64,000 nucleotides of DNA from Alphaproteobacteria bacterium (GCA_965248835.1 CBDFLJ010000001.1:1728001-1792000); one strand, 5' to 3'. Numbered from the stretch's first letter, positions 40,163-48,830 are shown. Notes: generated from the sequence alone by a model not told the origin. Numbers and translations are program-made.

Positions 40163-41359
40163 TCACAGGCGCGGGTCGAGCGAGGGCAGCCCGAAGCGGA
40201 TGCGCCCGGCGTTGACCGACTGGATGTCCCAGGCCTGAGTGATCTGCATCGAGACCGCGTGCACGTCGCGCCAGGCGCGCATGAAGGGGCTGGTCTGGTC
40301 GAGCCCGCGCGCGCCCAGCAGCGGGTAAAGCCGCTCGACCGCGCGGACGCAGAGCTGGGTGGCATAGGCGTTGTTGCGCCGCCACCTGGCGCGTACCGGC
40401 AGCTCCGGGTGCTCGTCGGCCTCGGCGTAGCGCATCGATTCCTCGCCGCACTGGATCAGCAGCGCACCGGCGGCATCGATCTCCGAGGCGGCTTCCGCAA
40501 CCCGGATCTGCGCCGTCGGAAGCTCGGCCAGCTTGGCGCCGGTCACACCGGTGCGCTCGGCGAACAGGGTCTCGACATATTCGAGCGCGCCGCGGGCAAT
40601 GCCCAGCGCGGGCCCGGAAAAGATCTGCGTTCCCGTCGACCAGATCGAAATCCGGAACAGCGGCGAAGCGTTGCGTTCCGGGCTGAGCGAGCGGCCGCCG
40701 GACAGGTTGGCGGACGGCAGGGTCCGGTAGTCGGGAACGAACACCTCCTTCAGCAGGACCGATTTGCTGCCGGTGGCCAGCAGCCCGGTCGCGTTCCAGT
40801 CATCGACTACCGCGCATTCGCCGCGCGGGACCAGCACGAACCGGTGCTCCGGCGGACCGCTTTCGCGCGGCAGGAAGATCTGAAGGTTGAGCCAGTCGCA
40901 GTAGTCGACGCCGCTGGAGAAGCTCCACAGCCCGTCCAGCACCACGCCGCCGTCGACCTGTCTGGCGCCGCCGCCGGCCACGGCGAAACCCGAGGCCATC
41001 AGCGCCTCGGGGTTGTCGCCCCAGACATCGTCCTGGGCCTGCTCGTAGCCGCAGCCCAGCACCAGCGACTGGGCGGCGAGGTTGGTGAAGACCCAGGTGC
41101 TCGACCCGCAGCCGCGGCCGAGCTCGGCCGACAGATCGACCATGATGCGGTAGTCGCATTCCAGCCCGCCGAAATGGGCGGGCTGGAAGATGCGGTAGAA
41201 GCCCGCCTCGACGAACTCCCGATGGGTGATCTCGGGGATCACCCGGTTCGCTTCGGCCTCGTCGGCGCGCGCGCGCAGATCCGGGACCATGGCGGCCGCG
41301 CGCGCGATCAGCCCTTGATGCATCGCCTGGCGTTCGGCGCCGGCTGCGGCCCCTTCCAT
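40163..41359 (-). CDS. Flavin-dependent monooxygenase oxygenase subunit (HsaA/acyl-CoA dehydrogenase-like)
   Basis: AGFYRIFQPAHFGG, GLWSFSSG, DDWNATGLLATGS, RAWRDVHA. Confidence 0.85.
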   Translation of the reverse strand: MEGAAAGAERQAMHQGLIARAAAMVPDLRARADEAEANRVIPEITHREFVEAGFYRIFQPAHFGGLECDYRIMVDLSAELGRGCGSSTWVFTNLAAQSLVLGCGYEQAQDDVWGDNPEALMASGFAVAGGGARQVDGGVVLDGLWSFSSGVDYCDWLNLQIFLPRESGPPEHRFVLVPRGECAVVDDWNATGLLATGSKSVLLKEVFVPDYRTLPSANLSGGRSLSPERNASPLFRISIWSTGTQIFSGPALGIARGALEYVETLFAERTGVTGAKLAELPTAQIRVAEAASEIDAAGALLIQCGEESMRYAEADEHPELPVRARWRRNNAYATQLCVRAVERLYPLLGARGLDQTSPFMRAWRDVHAVSMQITQAWDIQSVNAGRIRFGLPSLDPRL

Positions 41360-41360
41360 G

Positions 41361-42998
41361 TCAGTCCTCCTCGCGCTCGACGTCGCGCACCGAGGTTTCG
41401 GGCACCAGCCCGGGCTGCTGGCGTTGCAGCGTGCGCCTGCCGTTCTCCAGATAATGCCCGTCGGCGGCGCGCTTCGCCGCCTGGTCCCAGTCCTCGGTCC
41501 AGTCGCCCAACGTATAGCCGTGCCAGGGCGATTCCGGCTTGAGGCCGGGCAGGCCCAGCCGCTCCCACAGGGCGCGCGCGCCTTCCATGTAGGCGCGCGC
41601 CGGCAAGGCCAGCGGCGGCATGCCGGATTTCATGGTCGCATCGATCAGCAGCGTAGAGTCCTCCTCGCCCGCGTGCTCGCGCTTGGGCCCGTGGCCCTGA
41701 CCGCGATGGGGAAGGATCGCGACGTCATCGGTCGGGTTATGGCGGTAGGCCATCGCCCAGAGCAGCGCATCGGCGTTGTCGGGATCGATGTCGTCATTGA
41801 CCGCGATGCAGATCTTGGAGCAGTCGCCCTTGAAGCTCGCCGTCCCGTAGAGCGCCCGCCAGACCTCGGTGCGCGGTGCGCCGCGCTCCAGCGTTACGAT
41901 GCTCACCCGCAACAGCCCGGTCAGCTTCTCGTGGAGCGCGACACCGGTGACCGCCTTCACCCCGAGCTGGTCGCGCAGGTGGGCGAGGAACAGCGGCTCG
42001 TAGGCGACGCGCTTGATCACCGAGGATTCGCTCGGTGCGACCTGGCTGATATAGGACGGGATCACCGGGTGCGCCTTGCGGGTGATCGCGCTCACCCGCA
42101 TCGGCAGGTTGTACTCCTCCAGCGCCACATGGCCGTGGCTCTCGCCGAACGGACCCTCCGGCTCCAGCATGGTGGTATCGATCATCCCCTCGATCACCAT
42201 CTCGGCCTCGGCCGGTACCAGCAGGTCGACGGTCTTGGCGCGCACGACGTTGATCGGCTCGCCGGCCAGCCCGCCGGCGATGTCGAACTCGTCGACATCG
42301 ACCTGCAGCTTCTGCGGACCCATGAACGCCACCAGCGGCGGGCAGCCAAGCACGATCGCGCACGGCAGGCCCTCGCCGCGCGCCTTGCATTTCTGCCAAT
42401 GGACGTAGCCGCCGGCCCCGCCCACCCGGGTCGCCATACGCACCACCAGCCGATCGGGCGCCTTCAGCCCGGCGCGGTAGGTGCCCATGTTCTGCACCCC
42501 CGTCTCCGGGTCCTTGGTGATGACGTTGGTGGCCGCAAGGGTCGGCGCGCTGTCGAAGCCGGGCGTCGAGATCGGGATCGGCAGGGCATCCAACCCGTTG
42601 CCCGGACCCCGCAGGGCCTCGCCCTCGATGACGACCTCCTGGCACGGCCCCTCGTTGACCAGCCGCGGCGGCACCGGGTTCGCCATCGCGTGGTCCCAGC
42701 GCGCCGGGATGTCGGCGACCTCGGCGCGCATGCCCTGGCTGTAGATGGCTTTGTTGGCCGCGAGCGCGCCGATCACCACCGGGATGTCGTAACGCCGGTC
42801 CAGGCTGTCGGTGACGGTGTTGAACAGGAAGGCCTTGCGCTCGCGCTCCTCCAGCCCGCCGCGGAACTGCCAGCGGACCAGCGGGTGCATCTCGGTGTCC
42901 TTGTTGACCGGCTCGTCGATCCGCAGCAGCAGCCCGGCCGCATCCAGCACCTCCAGATGCTCCTGCAGGTCGGCATAGCCGCGCCGCGCATGCACCAT
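41361..42998 (-). CDS. UbiD family (de)carboxylase
   Basis: PIPISTPGFD, NMGTYR, VPAEAEMVIEG, EGPFGESHG, VNDDIDP, LIDATMK; start MVHARRG. Confidence 0.9.
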   Translation of the reverse strand: MVHARRGYADLQEHLEVLDAAGLLLRIDEPVNKDTEMHPLVRWQFRGGLEERERKAFLFNTVTDSLDRRYDIPVVIGALAANKAIYSQGMRAEVADIPARWDHAMANPVPPRLVNEGPCQEVVIEGEALRGPGNGLDALPIPISTPGFDSAPTLAATNVITKDPETGVQNMGTYRAGLKAPDRLVVRMATRVGGAGGYVHWQKCKARGEGLPCAIVLGCPPLVAFMGPQKLQVDVDEFDIAGGLAGEPINVVRAKTVDLLVPAEAEMVIEGMIDTTMLEPEGPFGESHGHVALEEYNLPMRVSAITRKAHPVIPSYISQVAPSESSVIKRVAYEPLFLAHLRDQLGVKAVTGVALHEKLTGLLRVSIVTLERGAPRTEVWRALYGTASFKGDCSKICIAVNDDIDPDNADALLWAMAYRHNPTDDVAILPHRGQGHGPKREHAGEEDSTLLIDATMKSGMPPLALPARAYMEGARALWERLGLPGLKPESPWHGYTLGDWTEDWDQAAKRAADGHYLENGRRTLQRQQPGLVPETSVRDVEREED

Positions 42999-43167
42999 CC
43001 CCGCCACTCCCCGAAGAACGCTCAACCCGGATTTGCCGCCATGATGCCATAGCCGGCCCGGCGGGAAACAGCCTTCTCTGGCGCGGCCCGGTGTGGCACT
43101 GTCATGCTCGGCATGTTCGGGCCGGTCCAGCGTGCTCGGCACATGCCCGGTCAGGCGGAGGGGTTGG

Positions 43168-44151
43168 ATGGGCAAGCCCGACATTACCGACGCGCAGCGG
43201 CCGGCGCGTACACGGGTCGGCGGCGTCGACGTCAAGCGCACCGCGCAGTTCCGCGCGCGCTTCCCGCCCGCGGCCAAGCGCCACCTGTTCATCCGCGACC
43301 ATGTGCTGTTCGAACAGCGCGACACGCCGGTCAATCCCGACCGGACCGAGGACATCGACGCGGACGCGACTGCGCGCTGGATCAAGGACTGGGTGCTGGA
43401 GGCCGGCGCCGATGCCGTCGGCATCGCAGCCTATGACGAGCGCTTCACCTTCGCCCAGGCCGACCAGCCCGGCCACACCGCGGTGATCGTCTACGCGATG
43501 GCGATGAAATACGACTACATGGCCGATATCGGCCCGCGGTCCCAGGACGAGGTCCACCGGATCTACTACCGACTCGACGATCTCGGTGTCCGGCTCGCCC
43601 ACCAGATCGGCGGGTTCGGCTACCGCGCGCGGATGCAGGCCAACGGCGGCGATATCCCGCTGGTGCCGTTCGCCTGGCTCGCCGGGCTGGGCGAGCTCGG
43701 CAAGCACGGCTCGCTGATCTCGACCGAGCTGGGCTCGTCCTTCCGACTGGGGGCGGTGACCACCGACCTGCCGCTGACCCCCGACGGGCCGCGCGATTCG
43801 GGGATCGACGAGGTCTGCGCCTCGTGCAACATCTGCACCCGGTTCTGCCCGGGCGATGCGATCAAGCCCGACAAGCAGACCGTCGCCGGTGTCGAGCGCT
43901 GGATCGTCGACCGGCCGGCTTGCGAGCCGTGGTTCCACAAGCTCTATGGCTGCAAGATCTGCCTGATGGTCTGTCCGTTCAACGCCAAGAGCATCTTCGC
44001 CGACAGCTTCAAGCCGACCGCGCGCGACATCCGCGACGCCAAGGACGCGAACGGCCTGCTGGCGCTGATCGAATCGCGCACCGAGATGCACTACGACGCG
44101 TTCGATTACGGCGCCTCGGGCGCACCCGCGATCGCGCCCGACGAGGACTGA
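43168..44151 (+). CDS. Reductive dehalogenase-like (RdhA/QueG superfamily) protein with two 4Fe-4S motifs
   Basis: GADAVGIA, AGLGELGKHGSLI...GSSFRLGAVTTDLPLTPD, CASCNICTRFCPGDAI, AC-x9-CKICLMVCPFN; GGAGG RBS. Confidence 0.75.
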   Translation: MGKPDITDAQRPARTRVGGVDVKRTAQFRARFPPAAKRHLFIRDHVLFEQRDTPVNPDRTEDIDADATARWIKDWVLEAGADAVGIAAYDERFTFAQADQPGHTAVIVYAMAMKYDYMADIGPRSQDEVHRIYYRLDDLGVRLAHQIGGFGYRARMQANGGDIPLVPFAWLAGLGELGKHGSLISTELGSSFRLGAVTTDLPLTPDGPRDSGIDEVCASCNICTRFCPGDAIKPDKQTVAGVERWIVDRPACEPWFHKLYGCKICLMVCPFNAKSIFADSFKPTARDIRDAKDANGLLALIESRTEMHYDAFDYGASGAPAIAPDED

Positions 44152-44165
44152 GACGGCGCGCCGGG

Positions 44166-44188
44166 CGGACCGGACGTCGCCGGTCCGG
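44166..44188 (+). terminator. GC-rich hairpin between the RdhA-like and deiodinase-like genes
   Basis: CGGACCGG-loop-CCGGTCCG inverted repeat with no U tract; TTGACA at 44198 follows. Confidence 0.35.
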
Positions 44189-44263
44189 GCAGGCGGTTTG
44201 ACAGGCTCCGGCCGAAATGGTCGGTTCCGGTCATCGCATGGATATCAACGAGGATCGAGGCTG

Positions 44264-44953
44264 ATGGCCGAACCGGGACTCTCCGTCGAGCAGAGAGCCA
44301 TGAAGGGCGCGCAGATGACGCCCGAGGAACGCAAGCGGATGTGGTTGTCGATTTCCGACATCACCGAGGCCGAGTTCGACGCCTACCATGACTGGCGCCG
44401 GGAACGTCAGTCGCGGGTGCCGCAGCCCGGCAGTCCGGCGCCGGATTTCGAGCTCGAAGGGCTCGGCGCCGACGGCGCGCGCACCGGCCGGCGGGTGCGG
44501 CTGTCGGCGCTCAAGGGCACGCCGGTGGCGCTGGTCTTCGGGTCCTATACCTGACCCCCCTATCGTAGTTGGGCCGTGCGCCTGAACGAGATCTATGACC
44601 GCCACAAGGACCGGGACATCCGGTTCTACGCCGTCTATATCCGCGAGGCCCATCCCAGCAATGGCTGGCAGGTGCCGGAAAACCTGGAGGAGAACATCCT
44701 CTACGAGGCGCCCACCACCGATGCGGCGCGCACCGAGATCGCCGCCGCCTGCCGGGTGGCGATGGACATCCAGATGCCGATGCTGATCGACTGGATCGGC
44801 AACGACGTGGAGGAGAAATACGTCTCCACCCCGATCCGGCTGTTCGTCGTCGATCCCGACGGGCGCATCGCCTATACCGGCGATGCCGGACCGTTCGGCT
44901 TCGATCCGGACTCCTGGGAGGAGGCGATCAAGGCCCAGATCGCCGCCGCCTGA
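44264..44953 (+). CDS. Iodothyronine deiodinase-like (thioredoxin-fold) selenoprotein; TGA 44552-44554 read as selenocysteine
   Basis: One continuous frame across the TGA: APDFEL...PVALVFGSYT-U-PPYR...VYIREAHPSNGW...P.RLFVVD..GRIAY.G..GPFGF; matches the DIO active site FGSCTUPPF and the YI.EAH.SDGW motif. Confidence 0.85.
44564..44588 (+). promoter_or_regulatory. Putative bacterial SECIS hairpin
   Basis: CGT(AG)TTGGGC-CGTGC-GCCTGAACG folds by hand into a 9-bp stem (two G-U pairs) starting 10 nt after UGA, with a G in the apical loop about 22 nt downstream. Confidence 0.6.
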
Positions 44954-45165
44954 GACGCGGCCGCGGCCCGCTCGGCACCGCCGTGCCGGCCGGGGGGGTG
45001 GGGAGTCCGGGTGGTTTTATCGTTCCGATGCGGCGCGGGCTGTGTCTGCGTGCTGACGGCACGCACCGGTCCCGGAATGCGCCTTGCGGCGGCGCGCTTG
45101 ACCGCGTTGCCCGCTTCGGCAATAGACTTGCACGCGAGCGACCTGGAGAGCGAGCCATCGAGACG

Positions 45166-46353
45166 GTGAAGCGGGCGCTTCGGCTCATTGCCGCGGCGGC
45201 GATATTCCTGCCGGTGATGACGGGCGGGTATTCGGCGGCGGCGCAAACCTTCGACGAAGTCCTCGCGGCATACGACCGCGGCGACTACGCTACGGCCTAC
45301 CGCGGATTCCGAAGCCTTGCGGAGCAGGGCATTGCCACCGGTCAGTTCGGTCTCGGGTTCCTGTACGCCAACGGCAAGGGCGTCCCCCGGGATGATGCTT
45401 TGGCCCTGAGGTGGTACCGCCGCGCCGCCGCGCAGGGCCATGCCGCCGCTCAGTTCAATCTCGGGCTCATGTACTATAACGGCGAGGGCGTCCCCCGGGA
45501 TTATGCCGAGGCGGCGAGGTGGTACCGCCGCGCCGCCGCGCAGGGCCGTGCCGCCGCGCAGTTCAATCTCGGGTTCATGTACGGCAACGGCAAGGGCGTC
45601 CCCCGGGACTATGCCGAGGCGGCGAGGTGGTACCGTCGCGCCGCCGAGCAGGGCCATGCCCACGCTCAGTTCAATCTCGGGCTCATGTACTATAACGGCG
45701 AGGGTGTCCCTCGGGACGAAGCCGAGGCGGCGACGTGGTACCGCCGCGCCGCCGCGCAGGGCCGTGCCGCCGCGCAGTTAAATCTCGGGTTCCTGTACTA
45801 CAAGGGCGAGGGCGTCGCCCAGGACTACGCCTTGGCGGTGACATGGTACCGCCGCGCCGCAGAGCAAGGCGATGCCCGCGCTCAGTTCGGTCTTGCACTC
45901 ATGTACGAACTCGGCCGAGGTGTTCCCCGGGACTTCGTTGAGGCGCACAGGTGGTTCAACCTTGCCGCCGCCCGATCCTCGGCCTCGCAGAAGGCCTTGC
46001 GTAAACGGGCCGTGCAACGCCGCGACCACGTTGCGGCGCGTCTGACGGCGGCGGCGCTCGAGCGGGCCCGGCGGCTGGCGAGAACCTGGCGGCCCGGGAC
46101 GGAGACGGCTCTGCCGACACCGCCGGCGGCAGGCAAGGACGGCGGTATGCGTAGCCGGGTGGCCATGCTGCAACGCGCTCTCGCGCGGCTCGGCTACGAC
46201 GCCGGGTCCGCCGACGGGGTCCTCGACTCCAAGACCCGTGCTGCGATCCGGGCATTCCAGGCATCGGCCGGGCTGCCGGCGGACGGCCGCCTGTCCGAAC
46301 GGCTGGAGAGCGCGGTCATATCCGCCCTTCTCGCCGCCGGCGCCGCGCCATAA
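45166..46353 (+). CDS. Secreted Sel1-like repeat protein with C-terminal peptidoglycan-binding domain
   Basis: Signal peptide, six Sel1 repeats (AQFNLG.MY.NG.GV..D..EA..WYRRAA.QG), LQRALARLGY...DGVL..KTRAAIRAFQ...GLPADG. Confidence 0.88.
   Translation: MKRALRLIAAAAIFLPVMTGGYSAAAQTFDEVLAAYDRGDYATAYRGFRSLAEQGIATGQFGLGFLYANGKGVPRDDALALRWYRRAAAQGHAAAQFNLGLMYYNGEGVPRDYAEAARWYRRAAAQGRAAAQFNLGFMYGNGKGVPRDYAEAARWYRRAAEQGHAHAQFNLGLMYYNGEGVPRDEAEAATWYRRAAAQGRAAAQLNLGFLYYKGEGVAQDYALAVTWYRRAAEQGDARAQFGLALMYELGRGVPRDFVEAHRWFNLAAARSSASQKALRKRAVQRRDHVAARLTAAALERARRLARTWRPGTETALPTPPAAGKDGGMRSRVAMLQRALARLGYDAGSADGVLDSKTRAAIRAFQASAGLPADGRLSERLESAVISALLAAGAAP
45334..45975 (+). repeat. Six tandem 108-bp Sel1-coding repeats
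   Basis: Near-identical DNA units, e.g. GCTCAGTTCAATCTCGGGCTCATGTACTATAACGGCGAGGG in repeats 2 and 4. Confidence 0.85.
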
Positions 46354-46604
46354 TCCGGCCCCGCCCGCATTTCGCTCGATAGAGTATCGACCGGATCCGG
46401 GTTTCGTGTCAGCACTGCTGGCCACATACTGACCAACGCGCATGTCGTGCGCGGGTGCACCGAACTGCGCGTCGTGCCGGGTTCGGGGCCTGTCGCCGTC
46501 ACCGCGCGACGATGCCACCGACCTCGCCCTGCTCGAAGGGCCGGCGGCCGCCGCGCGCGGCGACCGCGAAAGCCTTTACCGTTCTCGTCGAGTGCTGGAA
46601 ATGA
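46354..46604 (+). pseudogene. Remnant trypsin-like (HtrA/Trypsin_2) serine protease domain of the Sel1 gene
   Basis: In frame after TAA: STGSGFRVSTAGHILTNAHVVRGC; after a frameshift DATDLALL; then AKAFTVLVECWK-stop; the GNSGG catalytic Ser region is missing. Confidence 0.75.
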
Positions 46605-46696
46605 CGCAGCCACAAGGCAGAAACGGCACCAACTAACGATCGCCGGCGCGTTGCGACAGGTGCGGTACTGGTGATGCCAGGACGCGGTGAGCGGTG

Positions 46697-47659
46697 TCAG
46701 GGCAGCAGGAGGTGGTTGTTGCCGCCGAGGATGAAGGCGCCGTCGTCCGGGATCTCGGCGATGGCATCGACGAAGGCCTTGACGGCCTCGTTCTTCCGGA
46801 TCTCCTGCGGGTAGTCGCTGGCGAAGACGATGCGCTCGGCCGGCAGCTCGACCAGGGACGTCTTGACCGAGCGGGCATCGCCGCAGAACCCGGCGGTGTC
46901 GAACACCATGCGCTCGGCAAGGTAGGAGTCGAAATCCCGCCCCGGATTGCGGCCGTGGCGGTCGTTGCCGGCGGTGCCCCAGAAGTCGCGGTCCTGGTAG
47001 GAACGGATACGGCCCAGCACCGAGGCGATGCCGCCGCCGAGATGCGCCATCTGCACCGTGAGGTCGGGATGGCGGTCGAAGACGCCGCCGTTGATCAACC
47101 GCACCGTCGCCTGGACCAGCGAGAACTCGCGGCCGACCGCGCGGGCGAGGTCATAGGCGTCGAACTGGCGGGGATGGCTGAGCCTGAGCGCGGGATGGAC
47201 GAAGACGTAGAGCCCGAGGCGCGCGGCCTCGGCCCAGAACGGGTCGAGCTCCGGCGCATCCAGCCCGATGCCGTCGAACTCCGAGGTGATCACCACGCCG
47301 GGGAAGCCGAGTTCGTCGGCGCAGCGCCGCAGCTCCGCCATCGCCTCTTCCCCGCCCAGCGGGTGGGCGTGCGCGGTGCCGATGAACCGGCCCGGATAAG
47401 CGCGCTCGGCGGCCTTGGCGGCATCGTTGCAGATGACCGATTTCTCGAGCGGCGCGCACATCCCCTCGGCACACGACAGCACCGCCGCCCCGATGCCGGC
47501 AACGTCCATCATCGCGATATGGGCATCGAGGTCGACCAGCAGCGAATGGAAGCTGTAGGACGGCACCCCGTGCTCGTCATAGCGGGTGAACGGCCGCTCG
47601 GCCGCGCCCTCGGGCAGCAGTGCCGGCGGCACGAAATGGTGCTGGAAATCGACGATCAT
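46697..47659 (-). CDS. Amidohydrolase_2 family protein (ACMSD-like decarboxylase/hydratase)
   Basis: VDFQHH, VFVHP, GVFDRHPDL, AHLGGG, VFASDYP. Confidence 0.85.
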   Translation of the reverse strand: MIVDFQHHFVPPALLPEGAAERPFTRYDEHGVPSYSFHSLLVDLDAHIAMMDVAGIGAAVLSCAEGMCAPLEKSVICNDAAKAAERAYPGRFIGTAHAHPLGGEEAMAELRRCADELGFPGVVITSEFDGIGLDAPELDPFWAEAARLGLYVFVHPALRLSHPRQFDAYDLARAVGREFSLVQATVRLINGGVFDRHPDLTVQMAHLGGGIASVLGRIRSYQDRDFWGTAGNDRHGRNPGRDFDSYLAERMVFDTAGFCGDARSVKTSLVELPAERIVFASDYPQEIRKNEAVKAFVDAIAEIPDDGAFILGGNNHLLLP

Positions 47660-47855
47660 CGACCGGCCCCGCCCAGTGATTCAAGCCTGACGATACACCC
47701 GAATTCGGCCATGACCGTCCTCCCCGCCGCCAGAATATACCAACCGCCGCGCCCGCACACCCGCGCCCGGCGAGGCTGGCAGAGCGCAGGCAAGACCGCT
47801 ATCGTCGGTTGCGGCGGGCGATGGAGCAGGCAATCCCCTATCGGCATCCAGGACG

Positions 47856-48452
47856 ATGAGCGCGAGTCTGGCGGAAATATTGGGCGCGGACCGCTACGCG
47901 ATCGCACCCGATGTCCTGCTGGCCCCCGAGGGCGCCAGGCAGGATGCGGTCATGCTGGTCGAGGACGGGGCGATCAAGACGCTTGCCGACAGGGCGGACT
48001 TCGCGTGCCGGTTCCCCGGCACGCCGATGACCCCGCTTCCCGGGCGGGCCGTCGTGCCGGGATTCATCGATTCGCACATCCATCTCGGTCAGGGGTTCGG
48101 CAAGTCGATCATCGGCGGCGGGTTTCTGCTGGTGCCGATCTTCTCGGCGCTCTACCGGCTGCCGATGTATGTCCTGGTCGCGGCGACGATCCCCTACGTG
48201 ATCGTGCTTTCGGCTACCGGCCTTCTGACCTACGCGCTCACCGTCCCGCAGTTTTCGGGCACCGTCGTCACTCCCGAATGGGCATGGGGCTTCTTCGCCG
48301 CTTCCGGCGGGATCGCCGGCGCGTGGTGTGCGGCGAAGACCCAGCGCTTCGTGCCCGAGCACATGCTGAAGCTGATGCTGGGAAGCATCACAGGGCTTGC
48401 CGGCGCGCTCTATGTGAGCGCCTATTTCGTCGACCTGCCCTTCAGGCTGTGA
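47856..48452 (+). pseudogene. In-frame chimera: amidohydrolase N-terminus fused to TauE/SafE sulfite-exporter C-terminus
   Basis: First ~88 aa: PGFIDSHIHLGQ metal motif; remainder: GGGFLLVP plus four TM helices typical of the TauE second half; junction near 48111-48122. Confidence 0.7.
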
Positions 48453-48486
48453 GTCTTGCCCGTAAGTTTGCGTCGGGCTGCATCGG

Positions 48487-48830
48487 GATGCGCCCGAGGA
48501 CGCTTTCACGGACCCGATGCGCTTTGCGGCGCAGCAGCACCGCGCGCTTGGCCTTGGCCCGATCGGGTCGTCGACGTGCAACGCGCGGATCGTGGTCACC
48601 AGCGCAGGTGAGACCTGCGGCCGGCGCGCGGCGGCGGCACGCATCTTGCGGCGATACAGGGCGGCGCACGAGGCCCCGACCGCCGCGGCGGCTGCCGCGA
48701 CGGTCTGGTGATTCGGTGACCGGGCGATGCAGCCGCCGCACCGGCCGACGACCAAGACCGGCCAGGTCCTCACCCTCTCAATCCGCGCCGAGCGCGGGCG
48801 CAAGCGCTCGGCGAACATCCGGCGGGCCGG
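48487..48830 (-). mobile_element. Degenerate IS481-like transposase remnant
   Basis: HTH-like TVAAAAAAVGASCAALYRR...SPALVTTIRALHVDDP, frameshift near 48560, then AKAKRAVLLRRKAHRVRESVLGRI (cf. WGKAKiavLLRReg..vSeSTvGRIL). Confidence 0.5.

Noticed and set aside
45334-45975. Tandem repeats as a CRISPR array or DGR template/variable repeat
   Set aside because: They are 108-bp in-frame coding Sel1 units with no unique spacers, and no cas or reverse transcriptase gene is present.
46351-46353. Programmed read-through of the Sel1 gene stop into the protease domain
   Set aside because: The stop is TAA, and the downstream domain also has a frameshift and lacks its catalytic Ser, so decay is the simpler explanation.
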